A stretch of 58,865 nucleotides of DNA, the filler included, from Pristiophorus japonicus (taxonomy: Eukaryota): assembly GCF_044704955.1 (NCBI RefSeq). It is 3 parts of 3 records of this genome, joined end to end, with 100 filler letters (N's around TTAATTAATTAA, not from the genome) between each part and the next. Parts side by side here need not be neighbours in the genome. Positions count along the whole stretch, not along the records: positions 1 to 16,001 come from NC_091980.1; positions 16,102 to 32,635 come from NC_092008.1; 1 more part is not named here. One strand, written 5' to 3'. This document shows positions 12,340-26,089 of this stretch, piece by piece. Both the position numbers and the translations under genes were made by a program. Numbering within the stretch: the first letter of the stretch is position 1; each line of letters opens with the position of its first letter. The notes beneath the pieces were generated by a model. That model was not told the DNA's origin. It made no database searches and was given only the letters and a program-made list of their open reading frames with translations.

Positions 12340-14205
12340 ACGAACCAATTTGCCAGTTTCCAGTCCCTAGCACGGCTAAACAGATGCGGCAGTGGTTGGG
12401 GATGATCAATTACTGCAGATCCTGGATCCCTAATGTTGCCCTGATGACTAAGCACCTTACCCCGTATACAAATAAGGAAGGCAGCTTTGAAATAAAAACT
12501 GCAGACGTCCAAGCCTTTAAGGAACTAAAGACAGCCCTGCTGCAAGCTCCGGCTTTGGGCCGGCCCCTCTATGACCGGCCCTTTCAACTGTATTGTACAA
12601 TCCTGAAAGACTGTGCTACCGTTATCTTAACACCTCTCACTCCGTAGCTGCCCTCCTGGGCCAACTGCAGACTCAACACCTTACCATGGTCAGGCAAAGC
12701 AGATATGAGATCTACTACTGAATAGTCCTAAGCTGACCTTTAGGCACTGTACGGCCATTAATCCGGCCTGTTTTCTTACTGAGCCACCCCAAGATGAGGA
12801 AGAACCCAGTCATGATTGTTTATCTTTAATTCAGGAGGCCTAATCGGTCAGGGAAGATTTAGTTGACGTACCAATGGAAGACCCAGACTGTATTATGTAT
12901 GTTGACGGAAGTTCTTCTATTAATCCAGAAGGTACACGAATCTCAGGATAAGCCATAGTAAACCAGGAGAATCAGCTCTTGGAATCTGCCGCCTTTGAAA
13001 CCGCCTATTCTGCCCAACAAGCTGAACTATTTGCCCTCACCCGAGCCTGTATCTTGGCCAAAGACCTCAAAGTCAATATCTATACCGACTCTAGGTATGC
13101 CTTTAGGGTAGCCCATGATTTCGGACAATTATGGAAAAACAGGGGATTCCTAACCTCACAGGGGAATGAGATATCCCATAAGCAACTAGTATCTGATTTG
13201 TTGCAAGCCCTCATGCTCCCTAAACGCATTGCTATTGTTCAGTGCACTGCCCACACGACCGGAAACTCTCCGGTCGATATAGGAAACCGCCGTGCTGACA
13301 GAGAGGCTAAACAGGCCTCTTGCGGACAACAAATGGTGGTGCCTAGAATGATGAGTCAAACTAAAAGTCCTGCCAAGGATAAGTTAGCCTCGGAAAAACC
13401 AATGCCAACCATCCAAGATGTCATTAAAGCACAGGAGGACGCTCCTGAAAAAGATAAACTGTTGTGGAAAGATTATGGATGTACTTATGACAATGTTTCT
13501 AAACTCTGGACCACTCCCGCGGAACAGACTTGCATGTCTGACGAGTTGGCTCGATGGGTTATTGAATGTATGCATTTTGCTACTCATTGTGGAGCAAGGA
13601 CAACAAGTGACATGCTTTTGGCCACTTGGTGGCACCCTAGACTCCAGATGCTAGCCCAGAACATCAGTAGTCGCTGCCTTGTTTGCCAACAGCATAATCC
13701 AGGGAAGGGAGTCCCCTGTAATTGGGGTAAGACGCCCCTACCAGAAGGTCCCTTTGAGACCTTGCAGTTGGACTACATTGAGTTGCAAAGAGTTCAGTGT
13801 TACAAATATGTGTTAGTAATAGTAGATGTGTTTAGCAAATGGATCGAAGCCTACCCTACCCTGGACAATAAGGCTCAAACTGTTGTTAATGTGTTAATGA
13901 GGGAAATTATTCCTAGATATGGTATCCCAGCTCGACTGATGACCACCTATGTTCTTTCTCTGACTCAGGCTCTGCGACTAGCTCACAACCAGGTTCGAGA
14001 GGCTCACCTCGACCTCCCAGTTTTACCCGAATCGTCCCTCGTGGCACCAGGGAAGTATGTCCTGATTAAGAAATGGATTCGAAAAGGGTTGGAGCCACGA
14101 TGGGAGGGGCCCTTTCAGGTGTTACTCACTACCCCCACCGCAGCTAAGGTTGAAGGGAGAAGTGCCTGGGTTCACCTGCACCACTGTAAACTTATTACTT
14201 CATAA
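12340..14205 (+). pseudogene. pol: ERV pol remnant: RT thumb/connection, RNase H, integrase with core deletion
   Basis: MRQWLGMINYCRSWIP and LLQAPALG; RNase H YVDGSS...AQQAEL...YTDSRY...GNRRAD; IN HHCC, LQLDYI, VDVFSKWIEAYP; C-terminal WEGPFQVLL. No protease, no YxDD, and IN lacks its second D and E. Confidence 0.9.
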
Positions 14206-14406
14206 TGAGTCTCTCACTGGTCGTCCTAACCCTTGTTTCTGTTTCAGACTTCCTCTCCTCCATAGCTGAATAAACCACATCCTTGGGGCAGGAAGAAAAA
14301 CGGCAAGAACACGGCAGGAGAAAGAAACAAGCAGACTTAGCTGTTTTCTGAGCTATCCTTATCTTATTGTTAACTAATGTATAGTATCGTCTAAAATTAT
14401 TTAAAC

Positions 14407-15332
14407 ATGTGTAAGCTAGCAGGTATAATTGTGCTATCCTAGCAGAACTAGAAGGGCTACAGGATAACTTACTTTATCAGACCCATACCCAATTGCATGG
14501 CAATCGAACTGTGTGTTACCCACTAGCCCAATCAGTAAAGGCCTTGTTCGTGGCTACCCCTGGGTGGACCCCCCGCGACTTATATACGGTGGATACCACG
14601 GACGCACCCTGTGAGGGACAAACGCGCGAATATAGAAGGGGTATACCAGGAAGATGTGTGGAATTAATAGACTCCATGAATCCTGAGTACAGGAGATCCC
14701 AGGGAAAGAACGGAGCAGTATGCTCGGACATTGCAAGCTACCCGCTTTGCTTCTCAGGACAAGGGTGGGGTTGTGTATATGCCCTGGTTCCCGGGAACGC
14801 CACCTGTGTGCAGACGCAGTGTGCCCGTCAGCACTGTCGAGTGCGTAAGGGCCAGTTTACCTGTACCTGTAACGAGCAAAGATGCCTGAACGTGACCGCA
14901 GGAAGGCAAGTTATCTGCAGTCAGTGTAATGGAACTCATGTCAGCTCAGAAACATGGGCATACCCGTTTGATGTATAACACATGTCACGGATGAATCATA
15001 CAATATCACCCAAGCCATTGATGCCATAAGAAAGCAGCTGGATGAGTTTAGGCAGGGCCCAGAGAAAGGAAATGGTTGGTTGGATTGGCTATTAGGAGGA
15101 TCGTGGGGATCCTACTTGATGGATGCACGGAGCAGTTATTCTCGTTGTAATAATAGTTACCTGTTGTCTGATTATTGGTTGCTTTAATGTCTGTTGTAAA
15201 GTAATGATGGCGAAATTGGAGCAAACTCTTACAGTCACGAGCTCCCGGAATTTGGTTGAACAAACTAAAGGTTTATTCGAAGAGTATGAAAAACAAGAAT
15301 TCGAATGGCTGAATGCGATACTCCTGGAATAA
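14407..15332 (+). pseudogene. env: ERV env remnant (Cys-rich ectodomain fragment + transmembrane anchor)
   Basis: Lies between pol and the PPT, with a splice acceptor TTTCTGTTTCAG near 14236-14247. ORF 14493-14978 has 14 Cys and 4 N-glycosylation sequons; hydrophobic AVILVVIIVTCCLIIGCF in ORF 15123-15332. Confidence 0.7.
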
Positions 15333-15356
15333 TCACCAGGTTTATCATGGAATGAT

Positions 15357-15368
15357 AAAAGGGGGGAA
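15357..15368 (+). promoter_or_regulatory. Polypurine tract
   Basis: AAAAGGGGGGAA immediately 5' of the 3' LTR. Confidence 0.9.
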
Positions 15369-15924
15369 TGAGAATGTAGATAGAAGGTTTGCGAATGTGT
15401 TAGTAAGGGATCATGGGAAAATGGCCAAGATAAATTGTCCAGCTGCGATATTTGCCCTGTCGACACAAACAAAGGATTACTCAGAGTTGTGGTCAAACAC
15501 GAGTTACGCGAAAAAGCAAAAGTCAGACATGAGTCAGACGAGGGGCTGCTATAAACAGCTGTAAAATAGGGAAATGTGATGAAATTCAAAACAATAAACA
15601 CATCCCTGGAGCCCGCCCTATTTGGAGAGTTGTTAGCCTGCAATTGGGTATGCTATGGGGGAAATCGACCAATGATTGTATAAACTGAGTGTCACTCAAA
15701 TGTGTTCTGCTGTAACAATGTATAAGTGTTGAGCTTTTGTACTGTTACGGGACTTGTCAGGAGAGAGGAGGACAGGCTCGAACCGAGAGTGTTCCCTTTA
15801 TCTTAACAGGTCCCGGCCGGAGAATCTACAGAATATAAAGGTCTTATGTTGCTAAGACTAAAAGTGTTCGTGTGTCAGTGAATTCGCTGAAACAGATTGA
15901 AGGGAAAAGAATCCAGTATCAACA
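15369..15924 (+). repeat. ERV 3' LTR (556 bp)
   Basis: By eye, differs from the 5' LTR by 5 substitutions and one 2-bp indel. Confidence 0.95.
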
Positions 15925-16001
15925 CCCACTGGTTGCGGAATGCCTCATGCATACCGGTTGACACCACGCGTTCCTTTGCCAGGGCCACCCAGGCGCAGAC
16001 A

Positions 16002-16101
16002 NNNNNNNNNNNNNNNNNNNNNNNNNNNNNNNNNNNNNNNNNNNNTTAATTAATTAANNNNNNNNNNNNNNNNNNNNNNNNNNNNNNNNNNNNNNNNNNN
16101 N
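16002..16101. other. Artificial contig spacer
   Basis: 44 N + TTAATTAATTAA (stops in all six frames) + 44 N. Confidence 0.97.
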
Positions 16102-16872
16102 CTCCAGTGCAGTACCGAGGGAGCGCCGCACTGCCGGAAGGGCGGTACAGAGGGAGCGCCGCACTGCCGGAGGGGCAGTACTGAGGGAGCGCCGCACTGT
16201 CGGAGGGGCGGTACTGAGGGAGGGCCGCACTGTCGGAGGGGCGGTACTGAGGGAGGGCCGGTACTGAGGGAGGGCCGCACTGTCGGAGGGGCGGTACTGA
16301 GGGAGGGCCGCACTGTCGGAGGGGCTGTACTGAGGGAGCGCCGCACTGCCGGAGGGGCGGTACTGAGGGAGCGCCGCACTGCCAGAGGGGCAGTACTGAG
16401 GGAGCCCCGCACCGTCGGAGGGGCAGTACTGAGGGAGTGCCGCACTGTCGGAGGGGCAGTACTGAGGGAGTGCCGCACTGTCGGAGGGGCAGTACTGAGG
16501 GAGCGCCGCACTGCTGGAGGGACAGTACTGAGGGAGCGCCGCACTGCCGGAGGGGCTGTATTTCGGATGAGACATTAAACCGAGGCCCCATCTGCCCTCT
16601 TGGGTGGATGTAAAAGATCCCGGGGCTACTATTGGAAGAAGAGCAGGGGGAGTTCTCCCCGGTGTCCTGGGGCCAATATTTATCCCTCGACCAACATCAC
16701 TGAAACAGACGATCTGGGTCATTATCACATCGCTGTGTGTGGGAGCTTGCTGTGCACAAATTGGCATTTCCCACATTTCAACAGTGAGCGCACTACAAAA
16801 CTACTTAATTGGCTATAAAGCACTTTGGGACATCCAGTGGTCGTGAAAGGCGCTATATAAATGCAAGTCTTT
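16102..16872 (+). mobile_element. Deu-domain SINE with internal 33-bp tandem expansion
   Basis: About 13-14 copies of GTACTGAGGGAGCGCCGCACTGTCGGAGGGGCA followed by the SINE body and GGCGCTATATAAATGCAAG tail. Confidence 0.8.
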
Positions 16873-17169
16873 CGTCTTTCTATGTAAATGCGAGTCTATA
16901 GAAATAGGAGCAGGAGTCGGCCATTCGGCCCCTCGAGCCTGCTCCGCCATTCAATAAGATCGCATCTGATCTTGGGCTCAGCTCCACTTCCCCGCCCGCC
17001 CCTTCACTCCCTTATCGCTCAAAAATCTGTCTATCTCCACCTTAAATATATTCAATGACCCTTCTCTAAACTGCCTCCAATGCAAGTATGTCCCTCCTTA
17101 AATACGGAGACCAGAACTGTACGCAGTACTCCAGGTGTGCAACATCCCCACCGACACCTGGGAGTCCCT

Positions 17170-17442
17170 GGCCCAAAGACCAGTCCGCCCTCAGTGGATG
17201 AAGTGCATCCGGGAGGGCGCTTAGCACCTCGAGTCTCGTCGCCGAGAGCGTGCAGAAACCAAGCGCAGGCAGCGGAAGGAGGGTGCGGCAAACCTGTCCC
17301 ACCCTCCCCTTCCCTCAACCACTGTCTGTCCCACCTGTGACAGGGACTGTGGCTCTCCTTTTGGACTGTTCAGCCACCTAAGGACTCATTGTTAGAGTAG
17401 AAGCAAGTCTTCCTCGATTCCGAGGGACTGCCTATGATGATG
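17170..17442 (+). mobile_element. RTE 3'-end fragment
   Basis: Matches the RTE 3' end seen at 56670-56895, ending GGGACTGCCTATGATGATG. Another copy at about 25100-25375. Confidence 0.7.
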
Positions 17443-17561
17443 TCACCATCATAGGCAGTCCCTCGAATCGTGGATGACTTGTTTCCACGTCAAAAAGTTC
17501 ACAGGAGTTTCAATGAAGGACCTAAAATTCCAGGTCCGAACTAAATCTTGAAGTGTGGAAG

Positions 17562-18036
17562 ATGATTCCCGGGATGGCAGGACTGACATTTGAGGAGAGA
17601 CTGGATCGACTAGGCTTATATTCACTGGAGTTTAGAAGAATGAGAGGGGATCTCATAGAAACATATAAAATTCTGACGGGACGGGACAGGTTAGATGCGG
17701 GAAGAATGTTCCCGATGTTGGGGAAGTCCAGAACCAGGGCTCACACAGTCTAAGGATAAGGGGGAAGCCATTTAGGACCGAGATGAGGAGAAACTTCTTC
17801 ACCCAGAGAGTGGTGAACCTGTGGAATTCTCTACCACAGAGAGTTGTTGAGGCCAGTTCGTTAGATATATTCAAAAGGGAGTTAGATGTGGCCCTTACGG
17901 CTAAAGGGATCAAGGGGTATGGAGAGAAAGCAGGAAAGGGGTACTGAGGGAATGATCAGCCATGATCTTATTGAATGGTGGTGCAGGCTCGAAGGGCCGA
18001 ATGGCCTGCTCCTGCACCTATTTTCTATGTTTCTAT
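17562..18036 (+). mobile_element. CR1 LINE 3' fragment
   Basis: IPGMAGLTFEERLDRLGLYSLEFRRMRGDLIETYKIL and (TTTCTATG)n tail, matching the intact CR1 at 39408-44267. Confidence 0.9.
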
Positions 18037-18134
18037 GGCTGTGTGTGGATTTTTTTTAACGTGGGGTGACCGTTGCACACCAGCCACCACACGGGGCTTG
18101 ACAGAGCGAGGTCTTGGTCCAGTGGCAAGGGTTA

Positions 18135-18713
<579 letters not shown>

Positions 18714-18789
18714 TTACCCCCTCGGTCATCAGTATTTATCAGCCCTCCCCATGCACTGATATTCTCTCCCTCCCTGGGTATTTAACAAG

Positions 18790-19405
18790 CTTTCCCCGAG
18801 GTATTTACCCCCTCGTTATCCCCGCCCCCGGGGTATTTACCCCCTCGCCATCCCCGCCCCCGGGCTATTTACCCCCTCACTATCCCCGCCCCCCCAGGGT
18901 ATTTACCCCCTCGCTATCCCCGCCCCCGGGCTATTTACCCCCTCACTATCCCCGCCCCCCCAGGGTATTTACCCCCTCGCTATCCCTGCCCCCGGCCTAT
19001 TTACCCCCTCACTATCCCCGCCCCCCCAGGGTATTTACCCCCTCGCTATCCCTGCCCCCGGGCTATTTACCCCCTCGCTATCCCTGCCCCCGGGCTATTT
19101 ACCCCCTCACTATCCCCACCCCCCCTGGGCTATTTACCCCCTCACTATCCCCACCCCCCCCGGGGTATTTACCCCCTCGCTATCCCCGCCCCCCAGGGTA
19201 TTTACCCCCTCGCTATCCCTGCCCCCCGGGGTATTTACCCCCTCGCTATCCCCGCCCCCCGGGGTATTTACCCCCTCGCTATCCCCGCCCCCCAGGGTAT
19301 TTACCCCCTCGCTATCCCCGCCCCCGGGCTATTTACCCCCTCGCTATCCCCGCCCCCGGGCTATTTACCCCCTCACTATCCCCGCCCCCGGGCTATTTAC
19401 CCCGT
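18790..19405. repeat. C-rich minisatellite (about 32-35 bp unit)
   Basis: Tandem TATTTACCCCCTCGCTATCCCCGCCCCCGGG variants in NUDT16 intron 1. Confidence 0.9.
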
Positions 19406-19709
19406 CAGTATTTAGCGCCATTCTCCTCAATATGTCGCCCCCTTTCTCCTGCTCCCCGCCCACACTGTGTGCCTTTCTCCCCTCTCCCCTGCCTGGTTAC
19501 TTACCCCCTGGATATTTACTCCTTCACCCCAGATATTGAGATCATCGGGGGTGACCTCCCAGACATTGACCTCTACCCCTCGACCCCAGGATATTCCCCA
19601 CTGACCCCCAGGGCATCGGCCCGCTGACCCCTCGACCCCAGGGCATTGACCTCCCTGACCCCCAGACATTGCCCCCAATCTCACCTACAGCCCCTGCCCC
19701 CCCCCGGGG

Positions 19710-21263
<1,554 letters not shown>

Positions 21264-21326
21264 TCAGGCTCCGCTCACTCGACGCTGCCTTCCAACGGAC
21301 GCCGCTCGAGCGCCGGCTTCCCGCCT

Positions 21327-21930
21327 CCCCGCCCTCGGCCAATCACAGGCAGCGGCCCCCGCCCTCGGCCAATCACAGGCAGCGGCCCCCGCCCTCGGCC
21401 AATCACAGGCAGCAACTCCCGCCCTGGGCCAATCACAGGCAGCGGCCCCCGCCCTCGGCCAATCACAGGCAGCAACTCCCGCCCTGGGCCAATCACAGGC
21501 AGCGGCCCCCGCCCTCGGCCAATCACAGGCAGCGGCCCCCGCCCTCGGCCAATCACAGGCAGCAACTCCCGCCCTGGGCCAATCACAGGCAGCAACTCCC
21601 GCCCTGGGCCAATCACAGGCAGCAACTCCCACCCTCGTTCAATCAGCAACCCGCCCACCCAATCAACACCCACCCTCCCCCACAGCCAATCACATTACAG
21701 CGGTTGCCGCACTCGGCCAATCAACACCCGCCTCCCACCCACGCTCGCCATTGGATCCGGCCCCGTGGTGGGCGGCGCTGAGTGCCACGTGGGGTGAGCC
21801 GTTGGCCTGACAGGCGGCACAGCCAATCGGAAGCCGAATCCTGCCACTCACGCTCTGCGGGCGACCAATCAGATTCCGGATCTCTCTCCCCCCGCCCCCA
21901 CACAAACCCTGCCCCCTGAAGCCAATGTGA
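21327..21930 (-). promoter_or_regulatory. NUDT16 promoter: 30-bp tandem GC-box/CCAAT array plus dispersed CCAAT boxes
   Basis: 10 copies of CCCCGCCCTCGGCCAATCACAGGCAGCGGC-type unit (21327-21630), then further CCAAT/ATTGG sites and a CACGTG. Confidence 0.8.
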
Positions 21931-21949
21931 ACATCAACAATTCCACTTC

Positions 21950-22760
21950 ATACCTCCATTCACTCACTCCCTCCACCTCCAACTCTCTCACTCCCTCCCT
22001 CCCTCTCCATCTCTCACTCCCTCCATCTGTCACTCCCTCTACCTCCAACTCTCTCCCTCCCTTCATTCACTCACTCCCTCCCTCCATCTGTCACTCCCTC
22101 CACCTCCAACTCTCTCACTCCACCTCCATCTCTCACTCCCTCCACCTCCAACTCTCTCCCTCCCTCCACTCACTCCCTCTCCATCTCTCACTCCCTCCAT
22201 CTGTCACTCCCTCCACCTCCAACTCTCTCACTCCCTCTCCATCTGTCACTCCCTCTACCTCCAACTCTCTCCCTCCCTCCATTCACTCACTCCCTCCCTC
22301 TCCATCTGTCACTCCCTCCCTCCCCATCTCTCACTCCCTCCATTCACTCACTCCCTCCATCTCCAACTCTCACACTCCCTCCCTCTCCATCTGTCACTCC
22401 CTCCCTCCATTCACTCACTCCCTCTCCATCTCTCACTCCCACCACCTCCAACTCTCTCACTCCCTCCATTCACTCCCTCCCTCTCCATCTCTCACTCACT
22501 CCATCTGTCACTCCCTCTACCTCCAACTCTCTCCCTCCCTCCACTCACTCCCTCTCCATCTCTCACTCCCTCCACCTCCAACTCTCTCACTCCCTCCCTC
22601 CCTCTCCATCTGTCACTCCCTCTACCTCCAACTCTCTCCCTCCCTCCATTCACTCACTCCCTCTCCATCTCTCACTCCCTCCATTTCTATCTACTACTCC
22701 CTCCCTCTCCATCTCACTCCCTCTCCCTCCAACTCACTCCACCCACCACCCTCATCCTTC
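21950..22760. repeat. C/T-rich low-complexity repeat
   Basis: CTCCCTCCATCTCTCACT-type degenerate repeats. Confidence 0.85.
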
Positions 22761-22769
22761 ACTGAATTT

Positions 22770-23530
22770 TGAAGTGTTGTAATGTGGGAAACGCCAATTT
22801 GCGCACAGCAAGCTCCCACACACAGCGATGTGATAATGACCCGGATCGTCTGTTTTAGTGATGTTGGTCGAGGGATAAATATTGGCCCCAGGACACCGGG
22901 GAGAACTCCCCCTGCTCTTCTTCCAATAGTGGCCCCGGGATCTTTTACATCCACCCGAGAGGGCAGAGGGGGCCTCGGTTTAATGTCTCATCCCGAAATA
23001 CAGCCTCTCCGACAGTGCGGCACTCCCTCAGTACCGCCCCTCCGACAGTGCAGCACTCCCTCAGTACTGCCCCTCCGACAGTGCGGCGCTCCCTCAGTAC
23101 CGCCCCTCCGACAGTGCGGCGCTCCCTCAGTACTGCCCCTCCGACAGTGCGGCGCTCCCTCAGTACCGCCCCTCCGACAGTGCGGCGCTCCCTCAGTACC
23201 GCCCCTCCGACAGTGCGGCGCTCCCTCAGTACTGCCCCTCCGACAGTGCAGCACTCCCTCAGTACTGCCCCTCCGACAGTGCGGCACTCCCTCAGTACTG
23301 CCCCTCCGACAGTGCGGCACTCCCTCAGTACCGCCCCTCCGACAGTGCGGCGCTCCCTCAGTACCGCCCCTCCGACAGTGCAGCGCTCCCTCAGTACTGC
23401 CCCTCCGACAGTGCGGCGCTCCCTCCGTACTGCACTGGCAGCCTCGATTATTCTGCTCAAGTCTCTGGAGTGGGCCTTGAGCCCACAACCCTCTGACTCA
23501 GAGGCGAGTGTGCTACCCACTGTGCCAAAG
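22770..23530 (-). mobile_element. Deu-domain SINE with internal 33-bp tandem expansion
   Basis: Reverse complement of the SINE, with its head near 23525 and about 13 copies of the 33-bp unit. Confidence 0.8.
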
Positions 23531-23589
23531 CTGACACTTTAAAAGAACGTGGGGCGCACGACACTCGCATCTCCCACTGAATAAAAAAT

Positions 23590-23633
23590 GAGACACACAC
23601 ATACAACAGAGGCACCGTTCAATGGCGTTTATT
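23590..23633 (-). terminator. Candidate NAA10 polyadenylation signal
   Basis: AATAAA on the minus strand at 23633-23628, followed about 20 nt later by GU-rich TGTTGTATGTGTGTGTCTCATTTTTT. Confidence 0.5.
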
Positions 23634-24169
23634 TGGCGTTTACACTGTGGAGAGGGGACCTGCCGCTGCTCAGGTTACTAACCTCGCCGGGGGGGGGGGG
23701 GGGGGTGGGTGGGCGAGTTTTGGAACGTTTCCAGCCTCGTCGCTTCCGCTGGGCGCAAGGGCGCGAGGGCGCTCGGAGAGGGACGTGTGTCCGGGGATGG
23801 AGGGGGAGAACCGTGTGCGAGACAGACCCAGCCCCGCGTCGACTCCCTGCTTCACGCTGCTCGTCGCGCTGTTAGCGGCCCGGGAGACGCGGGGCGGAGA
23901 GCGAGCGAGCGAGCGAGCGATCACCGGCTCGCAATCGGGTCTTGGGGGCGCCGTGCGCTGTTTCGGTTGGGGCGATGCCGCGGGGCCTGGAGGATTGGGG
24001 GGGGGGGGTGAAACAGCGGTCTCGAATGGCACGGCCTGTACGGCAGCTGTCCCACGACCTCCCCGGCTTGGAGAGAAGCTGCTGGGCAGGCTGGGCGCCG
24101 ATTCGAACTGGTGGGAAGGTACCCAGCCCTCGGCCTACAGGGAACGGCGCATCCTCGCGGAGGGGAGAG

Positions 24170-24960
24170 GCTGATAAAGGCCAGGGTGCGGCCTCAACTG
24201 GAGTACTCTGTCCAATTCTGGGCCCCCGCACTTTAGGAAGGGTGTGAAGGGCTTGGAGAGGGTTCAGAAAGGATTGGCCAGAATGGTCCCGGGGGACGAG
24301 GGACTTCAGTGACGGGGAGAGACTGGGGAAGCCGGGGCTGTTCTCCTCGGAGCAGAGAAGGTTGAGAGGAGATTTGATCGAGGTGTTCTCAATCACGAGG
24401 GGGTCGGGACAGAGCAAGATCGAGGGACACTGTTCCCATTGGTGGAAGGGCGGCGAACCGGAGCGACACGGAGGGAATGGTAGCATAGTGGTAATATTGC
24501 TAAGTTAGTCATCGAGAGGCTTGGATGATCTCAGTGACAGGAGTTCAAATCCCACCATGGTAACTGTGAAAATTAAATACCTTTTCTTTTCTATGTTTCT
24601 ATTACTACTCGGGGGATCAAGGGTATGGTGAGAAAGCAGGAATGGGGTACTGAAGTTGCATGTTCAGCCATGAACTCATTGAATGGCGGTGCAGGCTCGA
24701 AGGGCCGAATGGCCAACTCCTGCACCTATTTTCTATGTTTCTAATGCGATCGGCAGAAAGGCCACACGAGGAACAACTTGTTTTCCGCAGCGAGGGGGTC
24801 AGGATCGGGAACGCGCTGCCCGAGAGGGCGCTGGAGGTAGACTCAATCGCGGCTTTCAAACGGGAGTTGGTTAAGTTCCTGAGGGTAAATAATGTACAGG
24901 GCTACGGGGGGGGGGGGGGGGGGGGGGGGAAAGGGCAGGCGGAGTGGGGCTGGCCGAGAG
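24170..24960 (+). mobile_element. CR1 3' fragments with a tRNA-derived SINE head (about 24475-24580)
   Basis: Degenerate LEY(C)VQFW.P...RL.GDLIEV homology, CR1 tail TTTCTATGTTTCT, and GTTCAAATCCC B-box. Confidence 0.6.
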
Positions 24961-25760
24961 ACAGCACGGGCCGGAGGGCTCGAACGGCCTCCTCCTGCGC
25001 TGTAACCGTTCTCGGCAGAGGGGGGGGGTCGGGGGGGGGGGTTCTGATATGGAGTGTGGAGGAGACGCCGGGAATATTCTGGAGGGGCGCACGAACGTAC
25101 AAAGACCGGTCCGCCCCAAGGGGAGGAAGTGCATCCGGGAGGGCGCTGAGCACCTCGAGTCTCGTTGCCGAGAGCGTGCAGAAACCAAGCGCAGGCAGCG
25201 GAAGGAGCGTGCGGCAAACCTGTCCCACCCTCCCCTTCCCTCAACCACTGTCTGTCCCACCCTGTGACAGGGACTGTGGTTCCCCGTATCGGGCTGCTCA
25301 GCCACCGAAGGACTCGTGTTAAGAGCGGAAGCGAGTCTTCCTCGATCCCCAGGGACTGCCGATGGAAGAGGAGGATGGTAATGGCAGGGAGGGGAAATGA
25401 TCCGACTTACAATGGGCCGGTGCCGGTGGTGCGTAGCAGAGTGGGAAACAGACACTGGTGTTCAGAGACCGGCGGTGCACTCCCGGCGGTGCAGCGGTAG
25501 ATGGGGGTGATGCGGCAGACAGCCTGTGATACCCCAGGCTGCACCCCAGGGCGGGGTAACGAGCGGGAGCTCCGACTGAAGAAAGCCACTGGGCCGGCGT
25601 AGGGTGAAGGGTTGCAGGGGAGGGAGGGAGGGAGGGAAGGGGAGGCGAAACACAAAGTAGGTGAGTCCCGGCGACTGGGGGGGGGCAGGGGCTGTGCGGG
25701 CGGGACAAGGGTGGGACGGACGGTCCTGGGGTTTGGGGGGGCGCGTCGAGCTGCCGTGCG

Positions 25761-26045
25761 TTACGACGCAGAGTCCGAGGCCTCCGAGCTGTCCTTGACA
25801 TCGGTGCTCTCCGTCGCCTCGCTGAATTCGCTCACGTCCCTGCTGTCGCCGCTGTCCTCCGCCCCGTTGCAGGCCCGGCCCCCGGGGGCCGGCGTCGCTG
25901 CCGCCCCGCCGCCCGACACCCCGCCCCCGCACCGCTCGTCGCGGCAGCAGTCGGCGAGGTGGTTAGACCGGTGGTGGGCCCGGTGATCCAGGGACCCCAG
26001 CACCACTGGTTTCAGCCTCTCCCTCGTGTCCGCTTGTTTCCTGAA
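25761..26045 (-). CDS. NAA10: N-alpha-acetyltransferase 10, last coding exon
   Basis: FRKQADTRERLKPVVLGSL...AEDSGDSRDVSEFSEATESTDVKDSSEASDSAS*, matching the NAA10 C-terminus. Acceptor TTCCTCCAG| at 26046. Confidence 0.93.
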   Translation of the reverse strand, partial: FRKQADTRERLKPVVLGSLDHRAHHRSNHLADCCRDERCGGGVSGGGAAATPAPGGRACNGAEDSGDSRDVSEFSEATESTDVKDSSEASDSAS

Positions 26046-26089
26046 CTGGAGGAAAAGCCAACGGCAGTGAAGCGGGTCCCCGGAACAGT

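Larger units (their letters stand above)
9545..15924 (+). mobile_element. Endogenous retrovirus provirus (class I, gamma/epsilon-like), internally deleted, 6380 bp
   Basis: Paired TG...CA LTRs, TSD CCCA (9541-9544 and 15925-15928), PBS, PPT, and gag, pol and env remnants in order. Confidence 0.95.
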
